Assembly: GCA_025558095.1 (NCBI GenBank)
Contig: JAIVFI010000002.1
Coordinates: forward strand, 310,001-374,000
DNA from: Hyaloraphidium curvatum SAG 235-1
Lineage: Eukaryota > Fungi > Monoblepharomycota
Reading direction: 5' to 3'
DNA: 64,000 nt
Below are positions 19,856-30,560 of the stretch, piece by piece. Each line of letters opens with the position of its first letter. The stretch's first letter is position 1. Below the pieces are notes generated by a model. The model did not search any database. It saw only the letters and a program-made list of their open reading frames with translations, and was not told the DNA's origin. The translations under genes were made by a program, and so were the position numbers.

Positions 19856-22800
19856 ATGCGACTCACCCTGCGAAGGGTGGTGCGGACGCTGGTAGCGGCA
19901 ATCTTTGCGGCGGCGCTTGTGAAGCCGTGGAACCCGAGCGGTCGGGGTTCTGCGCCGGCGCGGCCGGAGCGAGAGGCGGACCCCTGCGCGGAGCGGGCCG
20001 GGCTCGACGGCGCGACGCTGCTTCCTCTCAGCGCGTTGACGCGTCTACGAATTGCGGCAGGCTGGAAGTGCGGAGGCGGTTCGACATTTCCCCTCCGCGA
20101 GAGCGTGCGGCTGTTTGCGGGGGGGCTGCTTGGGGACGCCAAAGTCAGGGCCGACCACCGACTGCTCCTCTCGCCGGTGCCTCTGGCGTTCTCGGCGGTG
20201 TTTGACGCGGAGGTGTCGGCCGAAGCGGTGTGCCGGGCACAGGCGGCGGCTGCCTGGACGGCAGGGGAGCACAATGGGGATCGCTCCGACGTTTCGGGCG
20301 ACGCCGGCGTCGCAGGCCTCGCAGCTGCGCTCTGCGGCCCTTACGCGGGGCGGACACCACCACCGAACTGGATCTTTAAGGGCAGCGGCGGCGTGCTCTC
20401 CTTGAGGCGGCGGTGCGGTGCCCCCGTCGACCCCACCCTTGCCGCCGTCCTCGGCGTCCCTGGCTTCGCCACACCAAACGCCACCGAGCTCTCCTGCGGC
20501 GTACCGATGCCCTATGATGCCGTGGTCGCCCGCCTCACGGCCAACATCGCCGCCCTGATGGACACCGACCACCCTCTCCCGTCCGGCATGGCGCGGCTGC
20601 ACCACCCCGGCCCCACCCGCGACGCCATCCTGCGGCAGGTCCCCGTACCCGCGACCGACCCCACGGTGTTCATCCAGCACGAGCATGGGAGGGAGCTGGC
20701 GGACGCCGCGGGTACGGGGTACGCCGCGGGCATCCTAACGGCGCTGTTTGCGGGGCAGCCGCACAACCTGCTCGGCGTGCTGACGGCGTACAACGTTGTG
20801 GTGTCGCCGAATGGGCTGCTGCAGGCTGTCGGGCCCGCGCTCGAGCGGGAAAGGGCGCGGAACGGGGGCGATCGCCCAAAGCCATCTGATGCCGCCCAAG
20901 CATATGAGCAGCTCCTGGAGGATCTCTACGAACCCGAGCCGCCGGCGACTGCCGAGCTCCGCGCCCAACGCATGGCGCAGCACGTCGAAAACAGCCTCGG
21001 CGGCCACGACGCTGCACTTGCACTCCGCCGGCGCTCCCCACAGGTTCGTCACGAGCACTACTGGCCGGCATATGCCGGCAAGAACCTCACGGAGGTGCCA
21101 TACGCTGATTCCGGTGGTGGATCCGTGTTCTACGTCACCCAGCTTGTTATGCCCGTCGAGGGAGTCGACCTCTCGGAGCCGCACGCCGCCGTCATGGACT
21201 GGGACCGGAACCGGACGTCGGGAGGGAAGGTGCCGCGGCTGCCGGTCTACGACGAGGTCTTTGTCGTCGTTCCGGCAGCGGACAACTACTACTGGTTCTC
21301 GACGGACTTTGTCGGGAGGACGGCGCCGCTGCGCGCATACTTCGCCGATCACCCGCGCGCCGCGGTCCACGTGGCTCCGCACTTTCACCGCAGATGGACC
21401 TCTATTGATGCTCCCGGGTTCGTCAAAGAGTGGCTCCGCTGGCTGGGCATCGAGGACCGGCTCGTCACGGGCCGCGTGGCTGCCCGCATCGCCCACGCGC
21501 TCGACAACCACATCGCCGGCCCACGCACGCACCCTTTGCAGCTTCTCGCCCTCCGCTCCGCGATGCGCAGCCTTGCCCCCGAGGCCTTTGCCGCCGCCGA
21601 CCGCGAGAACCGCGCCCGCCGCGTGCTCGTTGTCGACAGGTCGAACGCCACTGCTCGCCGGGAAAACCCAGACGACCGTGCGCACCTCGTCCGCGAGCTC
21701 GCCTCCCGCGGCCTCGAAGCACTTTCCTTCAACACTACCGAGCCCCTTTCTGAGGCTCTCTTCAAATGGGCATCTGTCGGCGCCGCCGTCGGCCCGCACA
21801 GCTCGACATTCACCAACGCGCTCGCAATGCAGCCCGGCAGCACGCTGGCGGAGCTGGTGCCTGCGGGGCACGCGGCACAGGGGTGGTACAGCATGCTGCT
21901 GGCACACTTCGGCGGGCTGCGGTATCACCATGTTCTAGTGCCGGGGGATCTGTCGACGGGGATCAGGGGGGGTGTGGAGGAGCTCGTCTGGGCGCTGTGC
22001 GGGGATCATGCGGGGAGATTGGCGGGGTGCAATTCCACGGCGCCGCCCGCGGACGTGCTGAATGGGCTGGTGGCAAGGAAGCCGGGAGTGGGGCCCAGGG
22101 TCGAGACGTGCCTCCCGGACATCGCTGTGGCCAAGCCGAAGCTGGAGGCGTCGGAGCCCATCCACGCTCTGCGGCCTCTCCCGGACGCCAACCTCACCCT
22201 CGCCACGCGCAACGGCACGGTGACCAACCTCGTCCCCTGGATCTCACTCGACTCGGCGCTTCCGCTCTCCAAGGTGCGCGGGATCACCCTCATGTTCGCG
22301 ACCGCGGGTTTCCATCCCAGTGCGGTGTCCCGGCTCCCCTTCCATCGCCGGCTGATTCGTGCTCTCGAGAGACGGGGTCTGCTCCCCGTAGCGGTTCCGA
22401 TCGGGCTTCTCGAAAGGCTTGCATACCAGAGTTTTGCCGACTACTGCGGCAATGAGGACCTGCTCGCGACCGTCGCCGTGCTCGCGATGGTTTTGGACGC
22501 CGTGGAAAAGGCGGGGGGCGATCCGCGGGTGCCGGTGACGACTTTCGGCCTGTCGTCCGGGTCGACGTTTACTGGGATCGTGGCGACGCGGGTGCGGTTA
22601 GCGGGATCGCTGGTGCAACTGAACATGCCGGAGGCGGTGCTGGACCATCTTGTGGAAGGCGGGAAAGGGAGGATCAGGCGGGACGTCGCGTGCGGGAGGG
22701 TGCTGACCGGGGTGATGAGGGATGCTGTGGGAGGGGGCGTGGTGGTGCGGAGGCAGAGGCTCCCGGGGGAGGACGAGGTGCCGGAGCTGCTGCGGCCCGA

Positions 22801-23671
22801 GGTGGTCCCTCCCTTCTGGATGCTGGGCTCTGAGATCAACGGGCTCGACTCTGAGGCCATTCGGCTCCTGAAGGACAACCTCTCGCGGGCCAGCGTGCCG
22901 CAAAACCGAATCGTAACCGAGGCTTGGATGCCGTCAACCATTTGCCCCGACACTCTTGCGGACGAGGTGCCGTGGCTTCTATCGCGCGCCGCCAGCGCCG
23001 CGATTGTAGACACGCTGCATTCAATGGGCTTTCTGGTGGCCAGCACGGAGATGGACGCCGCGCTGCAGACGCTGCGGCCCGCGTGCGGGAACGCCTCGGC
23101 GGAGGCGGGCGACTGCTGCACGTGCCCTGGCGGCACAAGGGCGCTGCACGTCCGCACGTCGTGGATCTCGCGGCACCTAGATGACCTCGTGGGCGTGTTC
23201 TACAAGCATGTCGAGGCGATGCTGGTGTTTGCGCAGCCGGGGTTGCAGGGTGCGCCCCTGTTCTTTGCCGGCGCGGAGGATCCCGAATTTCCCCACGGGA
23301 GTGTGCCCAGGGTGCTCGCAAACCCCCGCGACGGCAAGCGGTGCGTCGTGGTCGGCAACGCGACAAGAGAAACGCTCTTGCCGCATGATACGGAGGTGGA
23401 GGAGGCGTGCCGCGGGGCACATAACCCGTCACACGATATCATGTGGTGGGTGAAGACGAGGATCAAGACCTCGGCGGGCATGCACGAGTACACGAGGGGG
23501 GAGCACTTCGAGGAGATGGCCCAGTGGTTGGCCATGTGGACGGAAAGGGAGGTGGCGAAGAGGGCAGCAGGGAAGAGCGGGACGCATCAGGCGCGCCCAC
23601 CGCCTGGACTGCCTGGGAACGCGGCGGGTCCACAACCTGGCCGGGAATCCGTCTGGGCAATGTCTGGGTGA
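19856..23671 (+). CDS. Type II membrane GT61-like glycosyltransferase fused to an alpha/beta-hydrolase-like domain (1271 aa, intronless)
   Basis: RVLVVDRS..RR..AVGPHSSTFTNALAMQPGSTLAELVP resembles the GT61 GPHGAGLTN region. TFGLSSG is a GxSxG elbow. Confidence 0.75.
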   Translation: MRLTLRRVVRTLVAAIFAAALVKPWNPSGRGSAPARPEREADPCAERAGLDGATLLPLSALTRLRIAAGWKCGGGSTFPLRESVRLFAGGLLGDAKVRADHRLLLSPVPLAFSAVFDAEVSAEAVCRAQAAAAWTAGEHNGDRSDVSGDAGVAGLAAALCGPYAGRTPPPNWIFKGSGGVLSLRRRCGAPVDPTLAAVLGVPGFATPNATELSCGVPMPYDAVVARLTANIAALMDTDHPLPSGMARLHHPGPTRDAILRQVPVPATDPTVFIQHEHGRELADAAGTGYAAGILTALFAGQPHNLLGVLTAYNVVVSPNGLLQAVGPALERERARNGGDRPKPSDAAQAYEQLLEDLYEPEPPATAELRAQRMAQHVENSLGGHDAALALRRRSPQVRHEHYWPAYAGKNLTEVPYADSGGGSVFYVTQLVMPVEGVDLSEPHAAVMDWDRNRTSGGKVPRLPVYDEVFVVVPAADNYYWFSTDFVGRTAPLRAYFADHPRAAVHVAPHFHRRWTSIDAPGFVKEWLRWLGIEDRLVTGRVAARIAHALDNHIAGPRTHPLQLLALRSAMRSLAPEAFAAADRENRARRVLVVDRSNATARRENPDDRAHLVRELASRGLEALSFNTTEPLSEALFKWASVGAAVGPHSSTFTNALAMQPGSTLAELVPAGHAAQGWYSMLLAHFGGLRYHHVLVPGDLSTGIRGGVEELVWALCGDHAGRLAGCNSTAPPADVLNGLVARKPGVGPRVETCLPDIAVAKPKLEASEPIHALRPLPDANLTLATRNGTVTNLVPWISLDSALPLSKVRGITLMFATAGFHPSAVSRLPFHRRLIRALERRGLLPVAVPIGLLERLAYQSFADYCGNEDLLATVAVLAMVLDAVEKAGGDPRVPVTTFGLSSGSTFTGIVATRVRLAGSLVQLNMPEAVLDHLVEGGKGRIRRDVACGRVLTGVMRDAVGGGVVVRRQRLPGEDEVPELLRPEVVPPFWMLGSEINGLDSEAIRLLKDNLSRASVPQNRIVTEAWMPSTICPDTLADEVPWLLSRAASAAIVDTLHSMGFLVASTEMDAALQTLRPACGNASAEAGDCCTCPGGTRALHVRTSWISRHLDDLVGVFYKHVEAMLVFAQPGLQGAPLFFAGAEDPEFPHGSVPRVLANPRDGKRCVVVGNATRETLLPHDTEVEEACRGAHNPSHDIMWWVKTRIKTSAGMHEYTRGEHFEEMAQWLAMWTEREVAKRAAGKSGTHQARPPPGLPGNAAGPQPGRESVWAMSG

Positions 23672-23814
23672 TGAGTGGTCTATACAGATTCTTGAGAATT
23701 CATCTGCGGGCGCGCTCTTGTCCATGCTCATCCTTGTCCCGACCACCAGCTGCGTCCAAAAGCATTCCTAGCTTTGTCAGCGCCTCAAGACCAGTACGGA
23801 ACTGAGATTTGTTT

Positions 23815-24912
23815 CTACTGGTGGAACATTAGGATGCGCCTGACGATGACCTTGCGCTTCCTGCCCCCCCGCACGCCGCTCTTCCGCGCCGCCTTCTGCT
23901 CCTCCCCTAACCGCCCCGCGAGCTCCTCCATCCAGTGCCCGTCCGCCCGGGTGGCCTTGAGTTCGGGCTCGAGGTCGCCCGTCCCCGCCAGGATCCTCGC
24001 GGCGTGGTTGGACAGCATCCGCAGCGGCGGGTTGCCCACCCCCGGGGGCCCGGAGCGCCCGAGGCCCTGCCTGAGGAGGTACGGCACCGACACGAGCGCG
24101 GCGCCGAGGTCGATCCCCGTGATCTCGAAGCGGGCCATTTTCGGGTGCGAGGGGCCGATGCCGACCACGTCCGGGAGCCACTCCGTCCAGTTGGGGTTCC
24201 AGTACCGCGAGACAAAGTCGAACCCGATCAGGTCCGCGGCGCCGGGGCCGCCGCCGTCCATCCAGTTGCGGAGCTGGTCCGCAAAGGCCGTCGCGTACAG
24301 GTTGTCCCCGTTGGTGACCAGCAGCCAGCGGCACCCGTGCGGGTTCCGGTCGTTGGCGGCGCCGAGCAGGGCGTCCAGCGCCGCGTCGGTGAATGCGTAC
24401 GCCCGGTCCCAGCAGGTGCCGTTCAGGCACTTTAGCCGCGGCAGCAGGGGGTCGAGTTCCCTGCCCACGACCGCCAGGGCTTCCTCCTCCGAGATCGTGA
24501 GCACCTGCGCAAAGTCGGGGCAGCCCAGCACGCCCCCCGCATAAGCACCCACCGCGTCGCCGAACTCGGCGCGGTCCGTGGCGGGATCCGTGACCACGAA
24601 AAACAGCTTGAACGGCACCGAACCGTGCGACAGGGCCGACATGAAGGTCGGCAGGAAGGAGAGGTGCCTGTGGAACGAGCGCACCACCGCGCACACCGTG
24701 TTTGTGCTCGAAGGATATGACCACGAGCGGCACGCGGGCGCCGCGGCTGTCCACGCGGACCCAAGCGCGGGAAGGGGGCAGTTCGCGGCGGACGGGCCGC
24801 GCCGCGATCTTCGAAACGCGTTTAAGTCCAGAAAGAAGTTCGCCGAAAGGAACAGGCAGGCAAAGATGGCAAGGAGGAAAGGAACCGGGCGGCCCCAGAA
24901 CATCGCGCTCAT
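23815..24912 (-). CDS. Putative GT-A fold glycosyltransferase
   Basis: Signal anchor; WLLVTNGDNLY (DxD-equivalent), IDLGAALV, ADG, C-terminal LMFHQ. Confidence 0.65.
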   Translation of the reverse strand: MSAMFWGRPVPFLLAIFACLFLSANFFLDLNAFRRSRRGPSAANCPLPALGSAWTAAAPACRSWSYPSSTNTVCAVVRSFHRHLSFLPTFMSALSHGSVPFKLFFVVTDPATDRAEFGDAVGAYAGGVLGCPDFAQVLTISEEEALAVVGRELDPLLPRLKCLNGTCWDRAYAFTDAALDALLGAANDRNPHGCRWLLVTNGDNLYATAFADQLRNWMDGGGPGAADLIGFDFVSRYWNPNWTEWLPDVVGIGPSHPKMARFEITGIDLGAALVSVPYLLRQGLGRSGPPGVGNPPLRMLSNHAARILAGTGDLEPELKATRADGHWMEELAGRLGEEQKAARKSGVRGGRKRKVIVRRILMFHQ

Positions 24913-25073
24913 GGCGCGTCCGCTGCCGCGGTCCCGTATTCCTGATATGACTAGCAGCGCACGGCAACGCCGGCGGCATTTGACATGGCGCAGAGGGGTT
25001 GGGAGGCAGGCGGGAGCTTCGGGTCTGCTGACGCGCACCGCGGACTGATGCCCGCACCTTTGTGATTCGCCGC

Positions 25074-26261
25074 ATGGCCCGCGCCCGCGCGGTGCTCTTC
25101 GTGTCGGCGGCCGCGTACGCACTCTTTGCCTGGCCGCGGCCGCCCGGCGACGCGCCGCCGCCGCCCGCAATCCCGCCGCCGTCACCTTCGCGCCCGCTCG
25201 TCTTCCTGCACGCGCGCAAGTGCGGCGGATCCAGCGTCCGCGAGGCGCTCTACTTCCACGCAAAGGCAAACGACGCCGCGGCATTCATCCCAAATTCGCG
25301 CCCGCTGCCGCCGCTGCTCGCCCTGCTGGGCAAGGAAGGCGAGCTGCGTCGACGGTTCGGGCCGGCCGCCTGGGACGACTCGCCCTGGAAGACCGCCGCG
25401 GCGTCGGCCAACAACACGGGCATCCTGTTTCCCCCCGCGGTGTACTCACTGGACGGCCTGGCGCCGCACGAGCTGCGGGAGATCGCGGTCTTTGCGGGCC
25501 ACTTCAGCTGGCACGACGTGCAGGCCGTCGCCGCGGCCCACGGCAACTCCGCGGAAGTCTCGTGCCTGGTGAACGTGCGCGACCCGTACGACACGTTCCT
25601 CTCCTACGTCGGGACCAGGAGCCCCTTCCTGGACCGCTCGGCGCCCAGCGCCGACGCCAGCAACGTCTCCCTAGCCGACCCCGCCGGCCCCTTCCGGCCC
25701 CCCTCCAACCTGACCCTCGCCGAGCTCTCCGCGCTCCTCGATCCCGGCCTCGGCATCCCCCGCCTCCTCGCGCTCTCCCGCGCCTCGGCCGGCCTGCCGC
25801 CGGACCCCGGCCCCGGCGACCCCGCGGACCCGCGCAACGCGAGGCTGCTCCGCCGCGTGGCATGGTTCCGCGAGCTCGGCGGGCCGGTGGGGCAGCTGCT
25901 CCGCGCGCTGGCGGGGTCCGGCGCCGGGCCGCACCCGTGGGTCCCGGAGCGGCGGGGACCGAAGCGGACGTGGTACCGCAGCCGCGCGGCCGAGATGGCG
26001 GCGGCAAAGAGGAGGATGGACGGGTGCGTGGTGCTCGATTTTTCGGACCCGGGGTCGCTCCAGGCCGTGCGGGCGAGGTACATGCCTTGGCTCCGGTGGA
26101 AGACGGAGCGGCGGAGGAACGAGAGGGCGGGCGGCGGGGTGCCGCTGGGGAAGGAGGCCGAGGCGCTGGTCCGGGGGGCGCTGCGGGACGACGAGGAGCT
26201 GTATCGCCACGCCCGGAGGAGGGTGTGCGTGCAGCTGGGTCTCGATCCGGACGCTGCGTGA
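25074..26261 (+). CDS. Golgi-type carbohydrate sulfotransferase
   Basis: 5'-PSB LVFLHARKCGGSS, FAGHF, 3'-PB VRDPYDTFLSY, C-terminal DEELY; signal anchor. Confidence 0.85.
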   Translation: MARARAVLFVSAAAYALFAWPRPPGDAPPPPAIPPPSPSRPLVFLHARKCGGSSVREALYFHAKANDAAAFIPNSRPLPPLLALLGKEGELRRRFGPAAWDDSPWKTAAASANNTGILFPPAVYSLDGLAPHELREIAVFAGHFSWHDVQAVAAAHGNSAEVSCLVNVRDPYDTFLSYVGTRSPFLDRSAPSADASNVSLADPAGPFRPPSNLTLAELSALLDPGLGIPRLLALSRASAGLPPDPGPGDPADPRNARLLRRVAWFRELGGPVGQLLRALAGSGAGPHPWVPERRGPKRTWYRSRAAEMAAAKRRMDGCVVLDFSDPGSLQAVRARYMPWLRWKTERRRNERAGGGVPLGKEAEALVRGALRDDEELYRHARRRVCVQLGLDPDAA

Positions 26262-26356
26262 TTCGTGCGGGAAGCACATCACGATCTTTGTTCGCGAATT
26301 GCTTCAAGATTGGCTTCAGTCACTGCTGCCTTGTTGCATTGCGCGCCTATCCCAGT

Positions 26357-27529
26357 TCAGATCCAAGCGTGCGCCCGCACGCCCCGCTCCCGGAAAGCCC
26401 TGAACAGGGCGTAGCTCTGGTTCAGCGTGGGGCAGTTTCCCCTGCACCACGCGGGGCCAATGACGTCGGGGATGTCGGTGTGGTGCTCGAAAAAGAACTC
26501 GTGGACCTCCACCTGATCAGTGCGTGCGGGACCGGGGTCGCCGCCGCCGGGCAGCACGTCGAGCAGCCGCGCGGCCAGCGAGTTCTCCACCGCTATCGCG
26601 CCAATGTCCAGCTTGAGCACCACGTACACTGCCGGGTCGCCCGCGACGCCCTGCTGCTGGGGAGCCGCGTCCGGACTTTCCATACCGAGAATCCGCCGCA
26701 GCTCGGCGAGCTTGCCCCGCACCGCAACCAGGGCATTGAACTCCTTGCCGTCCGGTGCGGCCCAGGCCCCGGGCACGGCGATCCGCTCCACGGGCACGTT
26801 GAAGTACGCGTAGCCGCCGAGCAGGTTCGACGGGACGTGGCGGAAGATGTCCGCGGGCTTATACTCGGTGGCGTCCCACAAGGTCATGGACGAGAAGGGC
26901 AACCCCAGGCGCGCGTAGGCGGCCGGAAAGAAGCCCTGCGAGGTGCCCCATTTCTCGGGAGGCGCGTCGGGTGCGGGGTAAGTCGTGGCGCCGAGGTCAA
27001 AGTAGACCACGGCGCGGGGCGGCGGCGGGCCGGGAGGGTCCCCTGGCGGCGGGGCGACGCGCCTGTCGAACAGGAGGTAGCTCGTGTTGAGCAGGAGGGC
27101 CTTTTCGCCGAGGCAGTGCGACGGATGGCGCAGGTGGCCGACCAGCGGCTCGATGAGCGCGGAGACCTCCCCGTCCGGCGAGGCGTAGACGAGCTTCGAC
27201 AGGAGCGGGTGCTCGGCGACGTCGCGCGTCCACAGCGGGCCGGGCGGATCGCCCATCAAAACGGCCACGGCGTCCAGCATCTCCTTGGCGCGGCGGCGCT
27301 CTGCGGGGGCCATCATGCGCGCGCAGGCATGCGGCTCCCCGGGGTTCCCTTTCTTCAGCAGTGCGTACTCGTCCGACGCGGCGAACGCGGCCCACTCGCG
27401 CTCCCACGCCGAGGGGACGTAGCGCGCGAAGCGCCAAGCGGGCGGCGTCTGCGCGGCCATTTGCCGCACCGCCGCCGCCGCGAGCAGCGCCATCGCGCAC
27501 GCCGCCGCCACGCGCGCCGCCGGCGCCAT
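26357..27529 (-). CDS. Putative FkbM-like SAM-dependent methyltransferase (lumenal)
   Basis: VYFDLGA, VVLKLDI..E, EFFFEHH, SYALFRAFRERGVRAHAW; N-terminal anchor. Confidence 0.65.
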   Translation of the reverse strand: MAPAARVAAACAMALLAAAAVRQMAAQTPPAWRFARYVPSAWEREWAAFAASDEYALLKKGNPGEPHACARMMAPAERRRAKEMLDAVAVLMGDPPGPLWTRDVAEHPLLSKLVYASPDGEVSALIEPLVGHLRHPSHCLGEKALLLNTSYLLFDRRVAPPPGDPPGPPPPRAVVYFDLGATTYPAPDAPPEKWGTSQGFFPAAYARLGLPFSSMTLWDATEYKPADIFRHVPSNLLGGYAYFNVPVERIAVPGAWAAPDGKEFNALVAVRGKLAELRRILGMESPDAAPQQQGVAGDPAVYVVLKLDIGAIAVENSLAARLLDVLPGGGDPGPARTDQVEVHEFFFEHHTDIPDVIGPAWCRGNCPTLNQSYALFRAFRERGVRAHAWI

Positions 27530-27661
27530 CGGCGGCCGTCTTGCGGCAGCTCGCGGGGAAACGCCGACGAGGGCGGGCGGGCGGGGAGATCCAGCCGCCG
27601 GCCCCATATAAGCCGCCGCGCGCCTCGGCCTGGGCCGCAACCAACCAACCCCGCAGCAAAC

Positions 27662-30523
27662 ATGCCGCTGCTGCGGGCCGGCACCCGGCCGCCGCGGAAC
27701 CGCCTCGTGCGGCTGGCGCTGTCGATCGCGCTCGCGGCGTGGCCGCTCGCGGCGGTGTGGCGGATTGACCGCGGCGTGGCCGGCGGCGGCGTGATTGGCC
27801 CGCCGTTCCCGCTCTGCGTCGCCGGCAACGCCGAGACCGCCGACCATGCCGCGAAAATGGCCGCATTCTTCCCGGGCGCGCCGGCCGTGTGGAGCGTGTG
27901 GGGCGCCGGCGCCGCCGCGTTGCCCGCGCTGGACCCCGCCGCCGTGGCGAGCGCGGCCGCTGAGGGTCGCCCGCTGCTGCTGCTGCGGCCGGCCCCGAAC
28001 TCGACGTGGGCCGACGGCATAGAGGAGGGCGTCGCGCTGCTGCGCCCGTTGGGCTGCGAGTACCTCGCGCTGGTCGACGACGACCTCGTGTTTGAACTCC
28101 GCGGCGCTCAGGCGCTGCCCCGCGCCGTCGGCGGAGAGATCATGCGGCTGCTGCGGAGATACCGCCCCGCCGCTCTCGGCTTCGCCAACGTGTGCGATCC
28201 GGCGCGGAGCGTGCCCGCCGGCACCGACGTCTCGATCGCGGGATCATTCGACGAGAAGGTCGTCCTGCACGCATCGCTGGTCGACTACTTCTTCCCTTTG
28301 GCACCGCGCGGCGAGCTCAATTTCACCGGCCGCTGGACGCTGCCGATCCGCCACATGCTCGCAACCATCCCCCGCATGTACCGCGGCCATGTGCTGACGG
28401 CTCAGCACCTGCGCGTGATCAACACCATCACCTTCTCGGACAGCCGCAACTACACCGTGGTTGAAGACAGGCTCGCGTTCGTCCCTGGCAGCCGGCATCC
28501 TTTTGAGTTCCCTGTGAAGGAACGGTACAACGCCTTCCTCTGCGCCGCGCTGCGGCGCATCCCCATTCCCCATGATTCCGATCGCGACGACCCCTGCGTC
28601 GGCGCGTGGGCACCCGCAGCCCTCGCCGCGGAGCTGCCTACCATCCTCCCGCCCCCACCCGACGACGCGGCCGCCTTCTACGGGGACTACCTCGCGCGCC
28701 TGCTCCCCCACCTGGATCCCGTGCACCCGGCCGTGGCCACGCGGCCGTGGATTGCCGACCGGTTCCCCGACCCCGCTTCGCTGGCCACCCTGCGGGCAGA
28801 GCGCGCGAACTTCACAGTCACCCTGGTCGTGCTCACGTGCGACCGCCCGGCTTCGCTCGAGAGGCTGGTCGGCTCGGTGCTCGCGGCCGACTACGCCTCC
28901 GCCAGGGGACCTGTCGACCTCGCCTTCAGGGTCGATCACTGCCCCGACCACTTCCCCGCGGTGCGCGCCATCGTCGACCGCATCAAATGGCCGCACGGCA
29001 GCGTCACCGCCGAGTTCCGCACCGAGCGGGCTTACCTGCGCCGGTCTGTCGCGGAGGCGTGGGCGCCGCGCTCCGACGACGACTTTGCCGTGCTCCTCGA
29101 GGACGACGTCGAGGTGTCGCCGTCCTTCTTTGCCTGGGCCGTCGCCGCTCTCATGCAGTACTACTACCTCGCGCCGATCCCCCTCTCCGAGTCGCGCGTG
29201 GCCGCGATCGCGCTCTACGCCCCGCGCCACTCCGAGGCCGCCGGGGCGCCCTTCGCCCCGCCGCCCGGCCCCGCGTACGCCATGCAGGTCCCGTGCTCGT
29301 GGGGCGCCCTCTTCCTGCCGCGCGCGTGGCGGCGCTTCCGGACCTTCTTCGAGGCGCACTCGGCGCACGACCCGCTGGTGCCGCACCTCTCCGTATCGGC
29401 GTGGGCGCCGCAGCGCAGCTGGAAAAAGTACCACTACCGCTTCCTCGCCGAGGCCGGGCTGGCGGTGGTCTACCCCGGCGCCGGCAACGGCAGCTTCTCG
29501 ACCAACCGCGTGGAGCGGGGGGCCAACATGCTCGACGACGCGACGGTGCAGCGTGTGCGCGCGCTGCTGGACGTGCCGCTGGCGCCGGCCGGATGGACGG
29601 TGCCCGCGGGCGGGCTGCCGCCGTGGGAGGCGCTGCCGAAGCTGGACGTCTACGAGGCGCCGGTGCCGCCCGGGACGTGGCCGCCGCGGCCGCCGCCGTG
29701 GGAGGCGCTGATGCGGTTCGCGGTGGTCGTGCACTCCCGCGACCCGGCCGCGCTGCCGGCTGCTGCATCGCACTGGCTCGAGCACCCGCGCGTCGCGCTG
29801 GTCGTTGCGCGCTCGATCGGGAACGCTACGGCATGCCCCTCGGGATCCGAAGGACGTTGCATTGCCGAGCCCGCGGGGAACATCCAGGCCCTCTTCCGCC
29901 CGCCGCCCGTGGGGCCGCTGCACATGTTCTTTGCCGATGCTGCGGTGCGGATACCGCAAGCCGACGTCGACTGGGCCTTTTACACCCAGCTGCGGTACCC
30001 GCAGCGCGGCGTCGGCTTCGCTTCGTGCGCGGCGGGATTCGGGTGGGCCGACGGTGGTCCGCCGCGCGCGTGGTTCCCTCCGACCGCGGACAAGCTGCCC
30101 CAGGGTGCCGTCAGGGTGGCGGCATCCAGGGCCGTGTTCCTGCCGCCGCACGTCCTGCAGGAGTACTGGGACGAGGGGTTCGCGGAGGGCAGGAAGGTGG
30201 TGGAGAAGGAAGGGGGGCTGGACCTCCTGCTGCTCGCGGCGCGGGCGGCGCGGGCGGCAAGAGCCGGGGGGGACTACACGGACCTGCTGGTGGACGGATC
30301 GGTGCAGGGGTGCACGCCGTCCGAGGACGAGGGGCCGGCGCCAAAGGCGCTGCTGGAACTGCTCGGGAAGGGCAAGTGGACGGTGCGCCAGGCGAAAGGC
30401 TTCCCTGAGAATTGGATGGCGGAATGGAGAGGGAAGGAACGGGTACCGATGGTTGTGGTACCGCCACCCGGGTTTGGGAACGTCACGTCGATTGCACCGG
30501 TCAACTCGACTCACGGTCCGTGA
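27662..30523 (+). CDS. Multi-domain glycosyltransferase (GT-A + GT2-like + degenerate GT64-like)
   Basis: YLALVDDDL; LTCDRPASLERL..WPHG..LLEDDVEVSP..QVPCSWGA..SWKKY..FSTN; tail with DVDWAFY..YPQRGVGF. The true start is at 27662; the upstream part of the 1767-aa ORF is shadow. Confidence 0.8.
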   Translation: MPLLRAGTRPPRNRLVRLALSIALAAWPLAAVWRIDRGVAGGGVIGPPFPLCVAGNAETADHAAKMAAFFPGAPAVWSVWGAGAAALPALDPAAVASAAAEGRPLLLLRPAPNSTWADGIEEGVALLRPLGCEYLALVDDDLVFELRGAQALPRAVGGEIMRLLRRYRPAALGFANVCDPARSVPAGTDVSIAGSFDEKVVLHASLVDYFFPLAPRGELNFTGRWTLPIRHMLATIPRMYRGHVLTAQHLRVINTITFSDSRNYTVVEDRLAFVPGSRHPFEFPVKERYNAFLCAALRRIPIPHDSDRDDPCVGAWAPAALAAELPTILPPPPDDAAAFYGDYLARLLPHLDPVHPAVATRPWIADRFPDPASLATLRAERANFTVTLVVLTCDRPASLERLVGSVLAADYASARGPVDLAFRVDHCPDHFPAVRAIVDRIKWPHGSVTAEFRTERAYLRRSVAEAWAPRSDDDFAVLLEDDVEVSPSFFAWAVAALMQYYYLAPIPLSESRVAAIALYAPRHSEAAGAPFAPPPGPAYAMQVPCSWGALFLPRAWRRFRTFFEAHSAHDPLVPHLSVSAWAPQRSWKKYHYRFLAEAGLAVVYPGAGNGSFSTNRVERGANMLDDATVQRVRALLDVPLAPAGWTVPAGGLPPWEALPKLDVYEAPVPPGTWPPRPPPWEALMRFAVVVHSRDPAALPAAASHWLEHPRVALVVARSIGNATACPSGSEGRCIAEPAGNIQALFRPPPVGPLHMFFADAAVRIPQADVDWAFYTQLRYPQRGVGFASCAAGFGWADGGPPRAWFPPTADKLPQGAVRVAASRAVFLPPHVLQEYWDEGFAEGRKVVEKEGGLDLLLLAARAARAARAGGDYTDLLVDGSVQGCTPSEDEGPAPKALLELLGKGKWTVRQAKGFPENWMAEWRGKERVPMVVVPPPGFGNVTSIAPVNSTHGP

Positions 30524-30560
30524 TGTAACAGAGCCGGTCGAATTCGAAGAACTGCTCGCC

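Noticed and set aside
25220-27661. N-terminal half of the 1767-aa ORF
   Set aside because: It is an out-of-frame/antisense shadow of the sulfotransferase and methyltransferase genes; the real protein starts at the signal anchor at 27662.
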